Assembly: GCA_964016885.1 (NCBI GenBank)
Contig: OZ024742.1
Location: forward strand, 54,250,001-54,314,000
Direction of reading: 5' to 3'
Source of the DNA: Eledone cirrhosa
Lineage: Eukaryota
DNA length: 64,000 nt
Numbering within the stretch: the first letter of the stretch is position 1; each line of letters opens with the position of its first letter. The position numbers were made by a program, and so were the translations under genes. Shown here in pieces: positions 28,309 through 47,639 of this stretch. The notes below the pieces were generated by a model. The model was not told the DNA's origin and did no database searches. It saw nothing but the letters and a program-made list of their open reading frames with translations.

Positions 28309-29198
28309 GTGCCAGTTTATTTTGTAAGGACGTGTTATTGAACTTACCTAACAGCTATATTTGTTGTTTTCATACAATGTATACTAATTATTAATTTGAA
28401 TCGCTTTAATGTGTATCCTGCGGATTTATTGATTATGTCTACATTGTATTTAATCACATATATGTGTTCTTTGGTTAACGTCATCTCATCAATGTTATCG
28501 TTGGTCGGTCTTGTAAACTGATTTCTCTGTTAATTTCTCCACAGAATTTAGCTGGTTTCGAATGGTTTATCGTCAAATTCAGAAAATCAATGATTTCAGC
28601 AACATTGATACCCGAACGGAGAAGATATTCACTTGCAATATTCTATATATATATTCCACAAAGCCTGATAAAAATACATATATTTCATACGAAATTTATT
28701 ACTAGACAATTTTATTTTAGACACGCTTGTTATTTCCTGAAATATATGATGAAGAAAATACTTAACTGCCAGAAGAAAAAGGAGAGTAAGACAGCTTAAA
28801 TGGATTTGGAAATTTCGAGAAATGTATCGATAATTATTAAGAAATATTTCTGATTTGAATTCTGAAATCATACAAAAGTACGTGAATATAATGAATGAAT
28901 TAAATGTAAATAACTGACAATAACTATATATAGTCCAACATTTTGACTTTGTAATTATAAATCGTGAGATAACATTTCCAAGTTGAGAGGGGTATAAGGA
29001 GAAAAGTACACTGTGATAATTGGTTGTTTATTTTTTACTCTCTAAATTTTTGTTTTCTTTCTTCAAAGTCAAATAAATATGTTTTGTCTATTTTCGTTAT
29101 ACCTAACGGATACATTATAACAATAGAAATATAATCGCAATGAGCTATAGTCTTTCTCATTGTATTTCACAAAAACCTAAACCTAAACTCTCTCTCCG

Positions 29199-29414
<216 letters not shown>

Positions 29415-29753
29415 GTGCGCGCGCGCGCGCGCGTGTATTGATTTCAATAGAATAAAAAATTAGAGAGAATGTTCAAATGTTCATTGTTGTACTGACATTA
29501 TCATATAAGTGTCTTACCGAACATTGTTTAAACCTGAGTACTAACGGACAGTATATTTCATCACTAAAATACATGAGTGTTAATGAGCAGTGTAAGTCGC
29601 ACTACAATACATACCTTGTTGATGTTGTCTAAATTCCAATGAAAAGGTCTTGTGTCTATATTATAAATCGACTCTCTCTCTATTGGTGAAAATCTATAAA
29701 GTAATAAAACAAGAAGAACTTATATACATACATACAGCACACTCATTTATATA

Positions 29754-33830
<4,077 letters not shown>

Positions 33831-33847
33831 CGAGAGAGAGAGAGAGA

Positions 33848-33938
<91 letters not shown>

Positions 33939-36216
33939 AAGAGAGGGAGAGAGATAGGGAGAGAGACCACCAGGCATATGGTAGATGGCGCACTAATCAA
34001 CTACTTCAAACAGAACACTCAATTAGCTTTTCATTATTATTTCCACTTCCATATTGGAAGTGAGACAATGTTAAAGTAAATCTTAATGTTCGGAATCAGC
34101 TGACGAATAACTGCAAAAAGAAAACATCAAAGAGAAAAATCGTTATTAGTTGTAATGGCATGTTAGCAGAAAGTATTTTGGAGTGATATATCTGGTAGAG
34201 ACGTTCAGACAAAATTGGCTGTTAGTCACTTAGATTTTAATTAGGAAACGGTGTTAGTATCGTGTTTTTGTATTCCATTATTTCCAATGGAAATGTGTAC
34301 ACTTTATATATATTGGAAGATGCAGCTTGGCCAAATGGTTAGTAAGTCTATTTGGTAGACAGTTGGTCTCCGATTCGATGTTACTGCGTTGAAATTTGCC
34401 CAAGGGTAAATAATCATTTCTAGACACGTGAGTAACATTTGGTAGACAGGAACTTCTTTTGATGCCCTTCTGATCGTCTGTATCAGTTATTCAGTGAGTC
34501 CGCCTTGTCGCACACCGCGTCAGGTTGAATCTGCTTGAAAAAGTTATGAGTCCCTGGAATATTCATCTACTTTCACGTTAATTCCAGTGGCCGACTGTTG
34601 TGTTGATAATAAATGGAACCCTCATCGTCGAAAACAATGTAGCTGCATCAAAACATTTTTCCTTTGTTTGTTGTTTTGATTCTCGTTATATTCATTATTT
34701 AACGTTTGTTTGCCTCTATGTATATTTAATTCAGTATTGCCGTTGATATTCATATCGTGGCATTACATAGATTTTAGGCAAGTCTTAGTTGCCACTCATT
34801 TGTACACATATCTGACATTTCAGCACTTGTTTTGTAATTGTGGTAATCATAATTCTGTATTTGCATAAGCTGTACATTATCAACAATATAGGTATTAATG
34901 TGAGGATTTTACTTTAGAATAACCGATTTATGCTGGAGACAGCATAAATTAACATTTTACATCAAATACCGTATTGTATTTCAATATTTGTGTGACCACA
35001 TATAGTTTTACATCCTAGGTAATAATATGCCTAAGCAATCTATATTGAATTTATTGCTGTAAATCTACAAAGAGCTCATAAAATCTCAGTTTATCTCCCT
35101 GAGCCATATCATTCACCACCTTTGTGTGTTTGTTTATAGAACAAGATACTATCAAAACGTTGTCGGTTATATTTATCTAAATAAAACATTTCAATACCAA
35201 TGTGCTTGGAAATATGACAATAATTATATCACCCAGAATTTTTGTGTTGTAATAATAATATAAATGTAACATAAGCGTATATTGTATACAATTATTAAAA
35301 ATAATATTGTGACATATATAACAACAATATATGAAGAAACACAGATGAAAATAGATACAAACAATTAATTATTTTGTCTAATTCAATGTATAAAATGCTA
35401 GGCTTAGCAATGCAATAGTTACACATATGAAATGGCCATCAGTGAAGATAATATTTAAAAAAATATTTAAGTTTAACAGTTCTTGTAAATGTAATATGAA
35501 TAATGGATAATGATTATACTAGTAATGAAAATATGCTTATAACATAATATTTGCACAATAACAACAGAAATTAAGTTAGAAATAAATGAATATGGTTCAT
35601 TAATTATATTTCATATCATTGTAATCTCAGACGCGATGGTTCTTGTGCAGATTGAAAGGGATTTCCGTTGTTTTAGCAATGGGTGTTTCAGTTGTTCTAT
35701 CATTTGAGTAATTTGCTTTTGAAAGTAACGTGTCCGTTGCAGAGAATTGCACATAAACGTATATCTCAGGAAGTATATCTTAGGAAGTATATCTCAGGAA
35801 GTAATTCTCAGGAAGATTCAGCATGACAGAGTCTATGATAATGTTAGCTCTTTTTAATTACATGTACAGTATATATATAACGGTTTTCTAGACAGTTCTT
35901 CCCTACCATATTTCATTCATATAACATGGGTCGACCCTTAGCTATGGTAAATGACTCAAGCCCAAGATGTCACGCAGTAGGATCGAACCTAATTATAATT
36001 AATCATGAAATGGATATTTGGCTCTGGTGCCTTCACATTAAGATGGTAACCTAAAGATCCTATGGCGGTAATTCTTCCCTTACAAATACTATGTCGGAGA
36101 GAGGCTATTTTGAAATTGGGATTAAAGCAACTACCAAGGCTGGGGGTGCAATATTACTGAATATAAACATGATTTTCTAATGCGTGGAGGTTACAAAAAG
36201 ATTCAACAACAGAAAC

Positions 36217-36336
<120 letters not shown>

Positions 36337-36711
36337 GACATTTTGAAAGTATTTTTAAATACCTAGCAAGATTAGAGATGTAATGTATTGTCAAATATCT
36401 ACCAACCACGAAAGACCTCTTCCAATTTCTGGAGAGTACTACAGAAATCACCATTATTGCATTCTTTTTTTTCCTCTTTATTCTCTCTCCTCTTGTTTTT
36501 CTTTTTAATATATAAGAAGTACTAGATAGCTTTATCAATCCCCGATGCCTTACCGGATTCAGACGGTGGTTTAAACTTTTAAAATTAATAAATATATGAA
36601 TATATATCCAAACTTAATTTAATTAGATTAAATTAAGGGAGTCATGTCCGAGACATGCGCCATATCCACCGTAGAATAAGCTCAAAGATTCCAATGAATA
36701 GATCCGAGCAT

Positions 36712-37332
36712 TTTATATCAACTAGAAATAAACACATGAACCAATCACAGGGGATAATTTGTAAAGTGTGTAATCACACACAGCTAGGTAGGTAACTAAT
36801 TAAAGTTTAACTAGAGCTTCAAAAATTACCTTTTAAAAAATGATTAATCTACCTTGTATACATGTCCTTGTATATATTTGTAGTTAAATTAATTTTGAAT
36901 ATATACACGGCTCCTTAATTGTAGAGCTAACTCTACGGCTGATATTTATAGCTGTCGATCACACTATTCACGCCACTGGGATGACGTTAGCATGCTGTTA
37001 GTAGTTTTAGAATTGCAACACGTGCGATGGGTCACTCGCAGATTTGCATTTGATGTGTAAACATATATAGTTAAATCTTCTCCCTTGATGAAGATCTGAC
37101 ATTTGACTACTGTGACTTTACGGATTAATGGTAAAATATATTTCTTTAATGAAATATATACAAGGAAGATTAATCATTTTTTAAAAGGTAATATTTGAAG
37201 CTCTAGTTAAACTTTAATTAGTTACCTACCTAGCTATGTGTGATTACACACTTTACAAATTATCCCCTGTGATTGTTTCATGTGTTTATTTTAAATGTAT
37301 ATATATATGTCAATCAATTTCTAGTTGATAAA
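36712..37332. repeat. ~150-bp inverted repeat pair (36712-36862 / 37155-37332), likely another fold-back element
   Basis: aataaacacatgaa.caatcacaggggataatttgtaaagtgtgtaatcacac and its reverse complement. Confidence 0.8.
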
Positions 37333-37623
37333 TATATGAATAAATACTTTTCAATGAATCTATTTCAATGGCACGCTCTCATATGAATAAATTTTTTCAG
37401 CGAAGTTTAGTCAAAAATGAAATTTCCACATAGAATGGAACTCCTGACAAAAATGGCTAATGACTTACAACTGTTCCAAAGGTTTTGGATAATAGAAATC
37501 TGATTAATGGAAATGATAGCACACAGGCGCGCACAGACACAAACACAGACACACACTCATACACACACGCGCACACATAGACACACATACAGTCACGCAT
37601 AAAGAGAGAGAGAGAGAGAGGGG

Positions 37624-37761
<138 letters not shown>

Positions 37762-37832
37762 ATATAAAGGAAAAGAATGGAATAACTTTTATGTGTACTA
37801 TGTAGTTTATAGTTTTACTTAATAAAAACACG

Positions 37833-38057
37833 GTGGTGGATTGGGAGAAACATTAGAGTGTCGGAGAGAATGTCATGCGGTATTTATTCCGGCTATTTAC
37901 GTCCTGAATTCAAATCCTGTCAAGGTCTACTTTGCCTTTCGTCTTTTCGGGTTCGATAAAATAAAGTACCAGTCTAGGCTCTTTATTTTACTGGGGTCGG
38001 TGTAATGGACTTTCCCTTACAAACAAATTGTTGGCCTTGTGCCTAAATCAGAACCAA
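37833..38057 (+). mobile_element. SINE copy
   Basis: Same family as 4244 (gaattcaaatcc..tttgcctttc..cgataaaataaagtaccag). Confidence 0.8.
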
Positions 38058-38665
38058 TGTTGAAAGTATAAAGGGAACAATCTACTTTGGCAAATATTAT
38101 AAATGTCTATAAACGAGTAATGCCAGGAAGCACAAAATAACGTGCGAAAATATTTATCAAATAATTGCAATTCTTAATTTAGTTGGCGAAACAAAGCAAA
38201 ACCCAATCTTGTAGTTGTTAGCAAGTCCAATAAAAACAGGAGAGATAATATCGAGACTAGAAGAATTAATTATCGAGAAATTAGACGTGATTTCTTTTAG
38301 CTTCTCTAAACAGTTTGTAGTTACCAGGAGCAAAATTAACTGTGTCCAACAAATTGTCAACAAATTTACTTCTAGAAAGTTAGCGCAACATTGATTTTCT
38401 GGTCGAAGGTTTATCTGCCACTAGTTATCATAATCATTTTCATCATCAAATTCATCAGCATCAACATAATCATCATCATCATCATCACCATCATCATCAC
38501 CACCAACAACGTCCTCATCATTATCATCAGCATCATCGTCAATGGCTTCATCATTAGCAATAATCCATCACGGAATCATCAACTTCCTGCTGTTTTCCTA
38601 ATTTCTATTTAACATTCATATCTCTCCCTTGATGGACACAGTTTCGCAATGATTATGTCCCAAGA

Positions 38666-38853
38666 GGGCGGTGGATTGGCAGTATCGGTAGAGGGTCGGA
38701 CGCCATGCTTTCCAGCATAGTTACGTCCCTTTACGATCTGAGTTCAAATCCCGCCGAGGTTGACTTTGCCTTTCATCCTTACGGGGTCGATAAAATAAAG
38801 TACCAGTAATGCACTGGGTAATTGCTGGCCTTGTACCTAAAGTAGAAACAATT
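38666..38853 (+). mobile_element. SINE copy
   Basis: Near-identical to 4244-4432. Confidence 0.88.
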
Positions 38854-39819
38854 ATGTCCCAAGTTTGATCCCATTGGATGGTATCGGAAGCATGATCATT
38901 TTCAATTGACAATTGGTTTTACATAATTCCATATATGTTCAGATTTGTAGATAATACCCAGACAATAAGTAACTAGTACGAAAAACCAAAAAGTAAAGAG
39001 AGACAGAGGAGGGAGCAGTAGTGTCTACATCCCAGGCTAGATGATATATCTCAGCTCCCGCCATGGAGAATACAGTGTGTAATACCATTAAAAAACCCTA
39101 ATGTATGAAGTAAACATATATATCAAATAATAGTAATTTGCTTGAATATACAAATTATTTACAAACCATTACAGTTGCATAGATGTTTTAAATGATGTGT
39201 ATAATAGAATGATTCACAGGTTAAATGAAAGTCCTTGAATCACAATCTTATATTGTGTTATTTCAAAGGATTCCGCTTCGAAATTTTTGAAAACTAATAA
39301 ATACTATACATTACTAACGACATAACAGCTGATGAGAATCTCATGCGTATGTGGGGAATTTATGTGCATATTGCTATGTATATATGTCTTATCTCGCGAC
39401 TTGGTTCTGTGACATAGTAGAATATACATATATATCATGTGTTTGCATAATTGTTTATAACTAGCAGTATTTCACACATGCCATTCATTTCAAAATTACT
39501 TTATATATTCCTTAACTATGTTTCTGCAATTATAATTATTCACCACAATCAATTCTGTTCTATTTATGTTCTATATTACTGTATATGTGTGAGTGTGTGT
39601 ATGGCTAGGATTGAGGATCTTTATACAGAATGACAAAAGGTCAAGATGTTGAATTCAGAATCATAAGTTCTTACTGCGTGGGAATATGAGAAGGTTTTGT
39701 TTAAAATAGCGGATTGGTAGACCCCAAATTGTGAATGAAATTGAAAATCCAGAAAGTGTTTGGAAGCACTTGTAATTCAAAAGCCCAACATTGTCACACA
39801 ACGTGACACTCGAAATCAT

Positions 39820-40083
39820 GGCTATCGCGCAGTCTCTGAGGGAGCATGCGTCAGTAGATTTCCCGGGTTTCCTGGAGAGGCATCTTCGCAGGGAGGGGCC
39901 CGAGTGGGCCAGGTGGATGTCGAGGCCCTCCCTCCGTATAGCCTTGCGGATAGCGTTGGTGGTATTCTCGCCCAGGTGTGGCATTTTAAGGAAGCACTTG
40001 CCTTGGGTGCCTCTCTGTCTCCTGCGTCTGGTGTCTCCTATTCTGTCTGTGATCGAGGTAGGGTACCCGTTCGTCTCCAGCAC
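39820..40083 (-). mobile_element. PLE fragment (subfamily related to B), RT-EN linker
   Basis: LETNGYP..KCFLKMPHLGENTTNAIRKAIRREGLDIHLAHSGPSLR. Confidence 0.8.
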
Positions 40084-40206
40084 TTGTTACCCGGAGATTT
40101 ACCCATTTGCATTGTCGAGGCTTCCAAACGACTTAAAGATATTTACTTATTATTCCACAATGCTTCAAGCAAACTTCAATACACTCATATATATATATAT
40201 ATATAG

Positions 40207-41392
40207 GAGGAGGTTATAGTTCACTTGAAGCATTGTGTAATGAGGTATAAACGTTTGTATATGTATAATAAAGCCAAAACAATGCAGGTATGGACATAGA
40301 ATAAAGAATGCAAATGCAAAAGATATTGTTGACAATTAGTCTTTTACCTTAGATTTATTTAAATGTCCTTAATTTTCGAGATAATATCTCTTCTTCGGAG
40401 GGAAGTAAAGCGGTTAAACCAGTGTTCTAAATAGCTTGCCAAGTCATGCTGACAGGAAATGGTATAGAGTATCTGTTCTATCTCTAATGTCAAAGAGTTA
40501 AGATTAGGTGGATAAAGAGTAGTCTCCCTTTAAAAGGGTTTTTTTCTTTGTACATGCCTGTTTAAGTGTGTGGGAGAATGAAGGTGTAAGTATGTGAGTG
40601 TGTGTGTGTGAGTGTGAGAAGATATGTCTATACGTAAATGTGAGGGATAGATGTTATCTCGTGTTAGAACTGGTCTTTGGGTGTGTATGTGTGAGAGAGA
40701 ATAAGTGGAGGTGTAAGCGTGTGTATGTGTGTGCGCGTGTGTGTGGGGTGTGTGTGTAAATATGGGGCTAGATGCTCTATCAAGTTATGAATTGGGTGTT
40801 GAGTTCTAGTCTATTATTGATTGGTGGTTGTGTTTTATCTATAATTAGTGCTTCCTTAATTCTAAGATTGCCGAGGTTTCTTTCCTTAGTTTCTATCCTA
40901 ACTGTTATGGTTTTGTCGGTGTTTTTGCATTTCACTAGGTGTTTCTGAAATGAGGAAGCGTTAGTATTGAGGTGTTCTTTTATTCTTATGTGGAGTGGTC
41001 TGGTGGTGCTACCTACGTAGAAGTTGCTGCATTTGTCACACTCTAGTCTGTATACGACGTAAGCCTGGTGGAATAGGTCTGTGTCGTTGATGGGGCAGTT
41101 GGCTAGCCTGCAGCAGTTGTCATGTCTGGTGGAGTGTCTTTTGGTTAGCTTTCCGCGTACAGAAGGACCTGAGTGGGCCAGTTGGATATCTAGTCCCTCT
41201 CGTCTGATAGCTCTGCGGATAGCTGTTGTTGTTTCGTCACTGAAGTGTGGGAGCTTCAGGAAGCAAGTGTTAGTGCCTAGGGTGTGGTGTCCTCTGTTCT
41301 TTCTGGCACGGTTTGTGGTGGATGTCGTGTATCCGTTCAGTTTCAGTACTTCCAGGAAATGTGTGGTGTGTGTCTCGGTCTCTAGCGTCGGT
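40207..41392 (-). mobile_element. 5'-truncated PLE family B (linker, GIY-YIG, pLTR with hammerhead)
   Basis: Homologous to 55880-57065; terminus ggaggaggttatagttcac follows (TA)n. Confidence 0.9.
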
Positions 41393-41814
41393 GGAGAATA
41401 ACATGGTCAACAGTACAAAAAAGGGGATTTATTTGCAGTCTAACAATTGTTGCACTGATAGTGTTGTCTAAAAATTACTGAACACTAAAAGCAGTGCCAC
41501 TCAATTTTAAATACGATGTTAGCTCGATCAGATCTTCGGAAACTTTTATAAAAAATATATATAACCGGCAAATTTACAAATTCAATTACATCATCAATAA
41601 TAATATTAATAATAAAGATATAGAGAGAAAAGAAGGAAGAAAATGAGATAGATACAGTAAAGAAAGAAAGGAAAGGAAAATTAAAAAGAAGAAGGAAAAA
41701 GAAAAAAGAAAAAGAAAAAGAAGAAACAGGAGAAATATAAAGAGAAAAATATAAAGAGAAGTAAAGATATAGAAAATGATGGTAGACAGAGGAGAGACAA
41801 GCATAAGTATAAAT

Positions 41815-41975
41815 AACTGTTTCTACTTTTGGCACAAGGTCAGTAATTATCCAGTACATTACTGGTACTTTATTTTATCCACCCCGTATCGATGAAAGGC
41901 AAAGTTAACCTCGGAGGGATTTGAACTCAGATCGTAAAGGCGACCGACCGTCTATTGATACTGCCAATCCCCCAC
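41815..41975 (-). mobile_element. SINE copy
   Basis: Reverse complement of the 4244 family. Confidence 0.8.
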
Positions 41976-42639
41976 ATAAGTAGAAATAACGTAGGACAGA
42001 AAGAAAAATAGAGGGGGAAATAATTATATCAGCAATAAATGAATAAACGTTAATAAATGTATAACTGTAAATAAAAATAAAAATTAATATATGAAAAATA
42101 TATAAAAATAGATAATAAGTAAATAAATAAATAAATAAATAAATTACATCTATGTGATATAAAATGGTATAAAATGGGACAAATGAAAAATGAAAATAAA
42201 TACGTAAAAGAAGTAAAAATGTGCGAAGAATTTTTGAACGTATGAAAATTATTGAGAGTGATTTTTGAGAATTGTTAAAATATATGGAGAGATATGAAGG
42301 TAAAAATATATGATAATGTTAAATATATTTATATGTGTATTGGTTATTTTAATAAATAAATAAATAAATTAGTTTTAAGTTATATTATATGATAAAATAA
42401 AATGACAGAGATGAAATAAATTTAGGGAGAGAAATATAATAAAGATAGTGAGTGAAAGATAGAGATATATAAAATAAGAATGTAAATATAAGGTTTTGAT
42501 GTTGTTCTTGGATAGATGATGACAATTATGATTATAATCATAATCATAATGATGATGATGCTGATAATGTGATATCATAATAGATCTAAGTGGTACAATC
42601 TGGCTTATGGAATATATAAGATGGAATTAAGCTAGTCTA

Positions 42640-43190
42640 AAGTTCTCAAATTTGGTCATCGATTTATGTCGACAGAAAATATTTCTTTCAATTTTACTGT
42701 TAAAATTTGGAAAGGTTCCTGGGAATTGTTTTTAGTTAAAAGTAGTGTATCGTCTGTACCGATTCCTCCTTGTAGGTTATCAAATTCCCTATGTAAGATA
42801 TATGCTATATAAATTCCAACAATGTCTGTAATTTGAGCTGAATCATTTGATCCCATAGTTATATTGAATTTATTCTGTCTATTTTTTCTATCCCAGTAAC
42901 TATTGTCGAATTTAATGATTGTTCTTCTAGCAGCTAGTATTATTTTAATTTAATCTGGTGAAAGGTCAGAGTTATTTTGTGCAAAGGATAGTGCCTTATT
43001 TAGGGTAACTGGGGTAATAGAAGAGTAGTAGCCATTTGTTCTTTAATTTGTGGCATTATTCTATCTAGTATAAATTAGACAACAGAGAATCTTCCGACTT
43101 TATACAATTTGACATAAATGACTACTATTCTTCTATTTCCCCAGTTACCCTAAATAAAGCACTATCGTTTATATAAGAATAATTGAGTAA
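42640..43190 (-). mobile_element. Degenerate PLE RT fragment with a short 5' inversion (43090-43175 plus)
   Basis: YYSSITPVTLNKALSFA..FNITMGSNDSAQITDIVG..YRDD; the inverted piece reads FIQFDINDYYSSISPVTLNKALSF. Confidence 0.75.
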
Positions 43191-43482
43191 ATATTTATTA
43201 AAATAACAGATTAAAGTTTAAGCAAAGAATCGCCGCTTTCACCCTTACATCTTACTTGCTCCGCCACTAAAAATACCAACTAAATAAAACAACGGATTTG
43301 TTCTCTACAAAACGGGGAAAATATAAAAGGAGACTAAAATTCCCCACAGGTACTAAGTACCCCTGGAAATATATAGGGTGTCTATGATACGGTGGTTGTT
43401 CTGTGGTATTAATTTGACATACCAGAACTGTAAAATTGAGATAAACGGTGCAAGTAAGTTTCAAACAATTTTTTTAAATAAA

Positions 43483-44440
43483 TTAAATCGGCCCTCCGCC
43501 ATACTCACAAAGGATTTGACCTCCTGTGTTTGATTTGGTCGGTTGGAAGTGACGACAGCTTCATAAACTACAGCGGGTGTGTTGCATTGCTGTTGAAGGG
43601 GACAGCGGCAAGAGCACCCTGGTGAGTGTTGCTCTTAGGGCTGTTGGTGATGTGGGCCTTCATGTTCTTAGCGCAGGAGTATCCTAGTTTTACTTTGTGT
43701 CGGTTAAAGATGGAGCGGTATTTATGACCTATGGGAAAGTGTCTATCTAAGAGGGCTAAACATTTTTTGCCTACATTGGTTTTAACGTTGAGTGAGAAGG
43801 GAGGAGAGAACCAGATAGTTTGTCTGTTGTTATGCTTTCTTTTCTTATTGCTGTTGTTGATAGTGGGAGGGTAAGTGATAGGTTGCGAGAAGCCGCTGTT
43901 AGCTAAAGCCGTGTTATAGTAGGGTGCCGCTCTGTCAAAGATAGCCTTAATAGAGGAGAGGTTTGAGAATCTAGTATTGATATTTTTTACGAAGTTTCTA
44001 AAAACAGTGGGAGGATGGCATGAGTCCTTGTGAATGTAATTGAGTTTTTCGTTTAGCTTATGGAAGGGTCTGTAGGTATGTGTGCGAAGGTCTAAATTAA
44101 TGTCTAAGAAATCTACGCTAGAGGGAGCTACTGTTATCCTAAGTCGTAACTCATTGAAGGTAGAAGCTAAGTCTTTTTTAAACCGGTCGAGTTCGTGACC
44201 CCTTTTATGGCTCGATAAGGTCAGTCCCTCGTTGCGGTATATTGCCGTGTGGAACTCCGGGAATCTAACACGTAATATGTCTAAAATAAATAGGCTAACC
44301 ACGTCACATACGTCAGCACTGTCAAACGATCCCATGGAGACGTCGAATAGGTCTGAAGTTGTTGATTTCTTTACCCAGGCTACTCCGTTGTTGAAGAGGA
44401 GGGTTTTCCGGCAGTGAGCGATGATTTCCCTGTCTAAATG
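43483..44440 (-). mobile_element. PLE RT/thumb/start of GIY-YIG (Naiad-like), inactivated
   Basis: FDVSMGSFDSADVCD, YRNE (dead YRDD), VDFLD, SCHPP, WFSPPFS; after a frameshift CSCRCPLQQQC..VVYEAVV. Confidence 0.88.
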
Positions 44441-44519
44441 AATAGATATTCTAAAGAGATTATGCAATAGCAATTGCCTAAACACGAGAAATGAATTATT
44501 CACACGTTGTCCACACGTT

Positions 44520-44790
44520 TCGAAACACCTCTTACGTAACTACAAAGCTCCGGATTGAATTACAACAACATCCTAATTTTCTTATCAACTAGACATTTTT
44601 CGCAGTTATCACCCTTACACCTCTCGCACGCATTTTAGTATTGCCTGTGTGAAGTGATCGCTTCTGTGCATGCGCGTTCGTACGGTTGTCCTTCCTGTTC
44701 CGTATAACCATGTCCATTACGAGCTGAGGATCCGCTAAGGTAAAACAATTGTTCTCGGTATGCTGAACTAATTGTTGTGTAACCACTTCT
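44520..44790 (+). mobile_element. Solo pLTR related to 60180-60490, with a mutated hammerhead (44720-44757, GAAA->AAAA)
   Basis: cgag-CTGAGGA-tcc gctaa ggt-AAAA-caattg-TT-ctcg. Confidence 0.75.
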
Positions 44791-45408
44791 ATATATATAT
44801 GTGTGTGTGTTTGTGTGTGTGTATGTGTGTGTGTTTGTGTGGGGGGGGGGGGTCTGTGCACGTTATATTCCTACGTGTCATGATAATATGTAGTAGTGTA
44901 GAATGTGAAACGTGTATGTTGAGAATGCACGATTAGGGGATCAATTAAATGACGTTTATTCCCCTTAAAGTTCTATTTAAGTTTGTTGGTTTCTTACAAT
45001 GATTTATTTCCTTTTCTGTATTCTATACCCGTTTATGGTTTCTAATCTATTGTATATCTCAGTGTGTATTCACAATTATTTCGTTCTAGCGTCATCCATT
45101 TATCTTTGCTGCGAAAATCACTTGGAGGCTTCTTCTGAACTGACATGTACATTGTTACACAATCCTCTTCTAAACGTTAAATTAAGCCATCTGAAGCCTG
45201 CTTATCTTTCACGAGAAATTGCATGAATAACTCGCTAAGTGTTTATTTAAGTGAGAGAAACAAATGTATATACCAAGTGGAGAGTGAGAAGAGAAAAGTT
45301 ACTCTGCAAATATGTATATATGTATATACCTTGTCGACTGCTTGGCTGCACTGCTGAAAGCATTCGTCGGCTTAGCTGAAGGCTCTGTCTTCGAATATGC
45401 TGTACTTT

Positions 45409-45440
<32 letters not shown>

Positions 45441-45479
45441 TTCTCTCCTTTTTCTCTCTCTCTTTTTCCCCCCCCGTCA

Positions 45480-45763
45480 AACTTGGGCGAAATTCTTTCC
45501 TTGCTCACATTTCAACCAGGTTTGATGGTCTTTTGTCTCTTGTTCACGATTTCACAGAGTTTATATTCATAGAGATCTGGGACTTGTCTATTTCTACTCA
45601 CTTTCCGTTGCTAAAACTTTTTTGTTGTTACTCTGGCGTCCCCCTTTATTTACGTGTCCCAACGACTTTTTTTAGCCGTTGTTCGCACCAACCCGAGGCA
45701 TATGGCCCTTAAAGCGATGAAATGCCCAGGACGGTTGGAGGGTCACTGATGAAGGACTCACTT

Positions 45764-45768
<5 letters not shown>
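45480..45768 (+). mobile_element. Fragment of the ~650-bp element family at 58820-60160
   Basis: ttgctcacatttcaaccaggtttgatggtc...cactgatgaaggact matches 59880-60160. Confidence 0.8.
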
Positions 45769-45817
<49 letters not shown>

Positions 45818-45820
<3 letters not shown>

Positions 45821-46085
45821 AAAGTTTTATTTAAGATTGTTGGGTTACAACGAGTAAATATTTTATAACTGATATAAAAGCACTCAACAGTTTCTGGAGT
45901 AGGTTTACGATATTAAACAAATGGAAACTATATTTATATTTATAAAACCATATTTATTTCGTTATATATATTTCTGGGATATCATATTAAAAATATGTTA
46001 TGCCTTCTTCATACAAAATACAATACATAAGCTGTTTTATAAATAATTAGTGACATACCTTGTGATAATGCAACTTCCTTTTAAA
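45818..46085 (-). mobile_element. Diverged copy of the hammerhead pLTR family at 52210-53190
   Basis: aaagttttatttaagattgttgggttacaac..aaatggaaactata..aaaaccata; hammerhead core degenerate. Confidence 0.75.
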
Positions 46086-46909
46086 AAGTTGATTTGGTAC
46101 TGAAACTGTTATGATAGTTATATAGAAAGAAAACGAAGATGAGAAGAAGAAGATGAAGAGATGTATGCAAATAAAAAAAAGAAGATGAAGAGATGTATGC
46201 AAAGAAAAACAACGGAGCGAGATAGAGAGACAAGGAGAGAGAGAAATACATTGATGGTGAAAAAACATAGTAGGCTGCTTTTTGACAGATGATCATCGTA
46301 TATGTGAGAGGTTAAGGGAAGAGATACAGTTAAATTAGTGTATAGGAGAAAAAGAAAGAAAGATGATATATTTAAAATATATTAAAAATATATTATGTCT
46401 CATCCATTTGAATTATCAATTTTTATGAATTAGGTATTATAATGTAAATATTAGTATTCATGAATGAGACACATATCCATAATGTGTGAAAAAAATGACC
46501 ACATGCTCAGTTAAAAATTCTTAGGTCTATAAGCAAAATCTGAGATAAAACTTCAAACATAAGTATATATGCATTCTCGTGAAAAAAGAGAAAAGAGAAG
46601 GTTATCTCAAATTCAAGTTGATAAATATAGACGCACATGTGAACCTACGTGATACGCTGCACTGATTCTTATATTTCATGAAAAACTTCAATGCGTTAGA
46701 AAAGATTCCACCCTACATACATTTACATACATATATACATATATATAGACACAAAACATATAAGATATACATTAACATCTAAAATAACATTCCAGACTCA
46801 CTTGCATGATCATCGATCAAGCATAGAGTAGCCAACAGATATCAATATTAAAATTAAAAACGCCAAGAATATCTTCGTCACTCCACAGAGTATCTAGGGA
46901 CGCAAGAGA

Positions 46910-46996
<87 letters not shown>

Positions 46997-47011
46997 CATA
47001 CATATATATAT

Positions 47012-47130
<119 letters not shown>

Positions 47131-47639
47131 TACATATATACATATATACATATATAGTACATTATTAATAATATTCTAATAATAATTAGAAGGCCGCCAA
47201 AGCGCCTTTTAAGATTAGGCTGTATAAAAAAAACTGTTCCATCTCGAAAGTTGTTCCTTATATTGACTTGAACGTTATCAGTTACGACGGTCTTACACCC
47301 AACATATCATACTTGGCGTAACTTCCTGCACAAGGAGTCTCATGCCCTTAATAAATATAATTGGTTTTAAATACCAGCTGACTACGAAAATTCTTTCTTT
47401 TAATGTCTTTCGAAACTGCTGATACCAGTGTCTCTCTCCTCTATCTCAATCTTTCTCTTTTTCTCGTCCCATATATACGTCGGTATGATTGTGTACATAA
47501 CACATTCATTTGTGACATTTACTCTGCTTGAAGATCTTAGAATGCACATCACCTCCAGTGTTATTTACGGTTGAATAAATTACGTTTTATTTCTCTTGCA
47601 TTCCTGAGAGGGTCGTGGGGGTGGTGTCCTCAAACACTC

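Noticed and set aside
39325-39412. acag-CTGATGA...ctgt motif
   Set aside because: No GAAA and an unconvincing stem II.
43483-44440. Selenocysteine recoding as reported for some Naiad PLEs
   Set aside because: No in-frame TGA at conserved Cys positions and no SECIS is recognisable; the copy is truncated.
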